Shown one piece after another: positions 47,117 through 48,326 of a stretch of DNA of 48,326 nucleotides (the stretch's first letter is position 1; the number at the start of each line of letters is the position of its first letter). Under the pieces are notes generated by a model that was given only the letters and a program-made list of their open reading frames with translations, made no database searches and had not been told where the DNA came from. The translations under genes were made by a program, and so were the position numbers. The stretch comes from an uncultured archaeon (GTDB taxonomy: Archaea; Asgardarchaeota; Lokiarchaeia; Sigyniarchaeales; SOKP01), in contig CAZOYD010000023.1 in assembly GCA_964583985.1 (NCBI GenBank), forward strand, positions 1 to 48,326. The letters run 5' to 3'.

Positions 47117-48289
47117 ATAAGTGAAAATAGAAAACGATTTCTAGAACCTGGAAGGCATCTAATGATGGGTAACGTAGCAATGTCAGAAGGAGCTCTTTCA
47201 GCAGGATTAAGTTATTTCGGAGGATATCCTATAACACCGAGTACAGAAGTAATAGAGCATTTAGCTATAAGACTTCCTGAAGTAGGTGGTGTTTGCATGC
47301 AAATGGAAGATGAATTAGCTTCTATAAATTCTGTAATAGGGGCTTCTTTAGTAGGAGCTAAAGCCATGACTGCAACTTCAGGACCTGGTTTATCATTAAT
47401 GGTAGAAACGATTTCCATGGCTGCTAATTTAGAAATACCATTTGTATTTTGCGACGTCCAAAGAAACGGTCCCGGAACTGGATTTGTCACGGAACCACAC
47501 CATAATGATTTAGGATTAGTGAGATTTTCAGGGAATGGCGAGTTTCAAGTCATCGCGTTGGCTCCAATGACCTGTCAAGAACTATTCGACTTGACCATCA
47601 CTGCTTTTAATTTTGCTGAGACTTATAGGTGCCCAGTCTTCATCCTTTCTGATGCATATCTTGGACATCTTCATGAGATTGTAAAAATTCCTCCTAAAGA
47701 AGAAATATTAAAGAGAGTAATCAATAGAGAATTACCTAATCCCGAAGATTATGTGAAAAAATTCACATATATTGACGATATTAGTGGAGAAATCGTCATT
47801 CCAAAACCCCCTCAAATGGGAACTGATTATTGCCCGGGATTATTTATACATCAGCCACATAATTACGAGGGTTTACCAACCCCAAAACCGATGCAGTTTA
47901 TTAAATCAATAATGGATAAGGTAAACAAAAATAAAGATAAAATCTGTCTTACGGACAAATATAAATTAGATGATGCTGAAATCGTCATCATAGCTTATGG
48001 ATTGCCTGTACGGGCTAGTTATAGGGCAGTAGACATCGCAAGAAATGAAGGAATAAAAGTTGGAATTTTTAGGTTAATAACAGTGTGGCCATTTCCAGAT
48101 GAACAAGTAAAAGATGTGGTTAAAGATGCGAAAGCGATAATTGTACCCGAATTAAACTATACGGGAATTATCGCAGAACAAGTTGAAAGGGTTACAAAAT
48201 TGGAGACTCCGGTTATAAAGATTCCTCAAGTATGTGAATTTCATCATCCAGATGATATTCTTAAAGTTTTAAGAGAGGTGGCTAAATAA
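47117..48289 (+). CDS. 2-oxoacid:ferredoxin oxidoreductase alpha subunit (start ATA 47117 or ATG 47162)
   Basis: GNVAMSEGA, GYPITPSTE, QMEDELAS, TATSGPG, VQRNGPGTG and VPELN. Confidence 0.92.
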   Translation: MSENRKRFLEPGRHLMMGNVAMSEGALSAGLSYFGGYPITPSTEVIEHLAIRLPEVGGVCMQMEDELASINSVIGASLVGAKAMTATSGPGLSLMVETISMAANLEIPFVFCDVQRNGPGTGFVTEPHHNDLGLVRFSGNGEFQVIALAPMTCQELFDLTITAFNFAETYRCPVFILSDAYLGHLHEIVKIPPKEEILKRVINRELPNPEDYVKKFTYIDDISGEIVIPKPPQMGTDYCPGLFIHQPHNYEGLPTPKPMQFIKSIMDKVNKNKDKICLTDKYKLDDAEIVIIAYGLPVRASYRAVDIARNEGIKVGIFRLITVWPFPDEQVKDVVKDAKAIIVPELNYTGIIAEQVERVTKLETPVIKIPQVCEFHHPDDILKVLREVAK

Positions 48290-48326
48290 TGTCAGACATT
48301 GGACGGATGCTTAAAAATGAACAACC
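48289..48326 (+). CDS. Start of the next gene, probably the oxidoreductase beta subunit (truncated by the window)
   Basis: TAATG overlap with the alpha-subunit stop; MSDIGRMLKNEQ... Confidence 0.5.
   Translation, partial: MSDIGRMLKNEQ

Overview
AT-rich archaeal chromosomal segment, most likely from an Asgard archaeon (Lokiarchaeia-like), judged from a gelsolin-like protein, a tandem-longin protein, four HEAT+LRR paralogs and a eukaryote-style SECIS. Main signals: (1) an hdrA-mvhD operon broken by four in-frame UGA codons, all at conserved Cys positions, followed by one AUGA/GA SECIS-like hairpin, indicating selenocysteine recoding; (2) a SAM-methyltransferase plus fused HgcAB-like corrinoid/ferredoxin protein plus stomatin, beside a DtxR regulator and a thioredoxin-like protein in an AT-richer accessory tract, possibly an uncharacterised methylation system; (3) several genes whose conserved N-termini have no in-frame ATG/GTG/TTG and seem to start at ATT/ATA after a Shine-Dalgarno motif; (4) a BlaI/M56-like pair with three candidate operators facing a PLDc_N-ABC exporter operon; (5) a form IV RuBisCO-like gene divergent from a wHTH-methyltransferase-fold regulator. 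The rest is housekeeping or metabolic: hisC, ATP-dependent ligase, AMP phosphorylase, M24 peptidase, pyrF, hisS, two AORs, split UxaA, LutAB-like and 2-oxoacid:ferredoxin oxidoreductase. No rRNA, tRNA, CRISPR array or intact mobile element was seen. All family assignments come from motif recognition by eye, without database searches.
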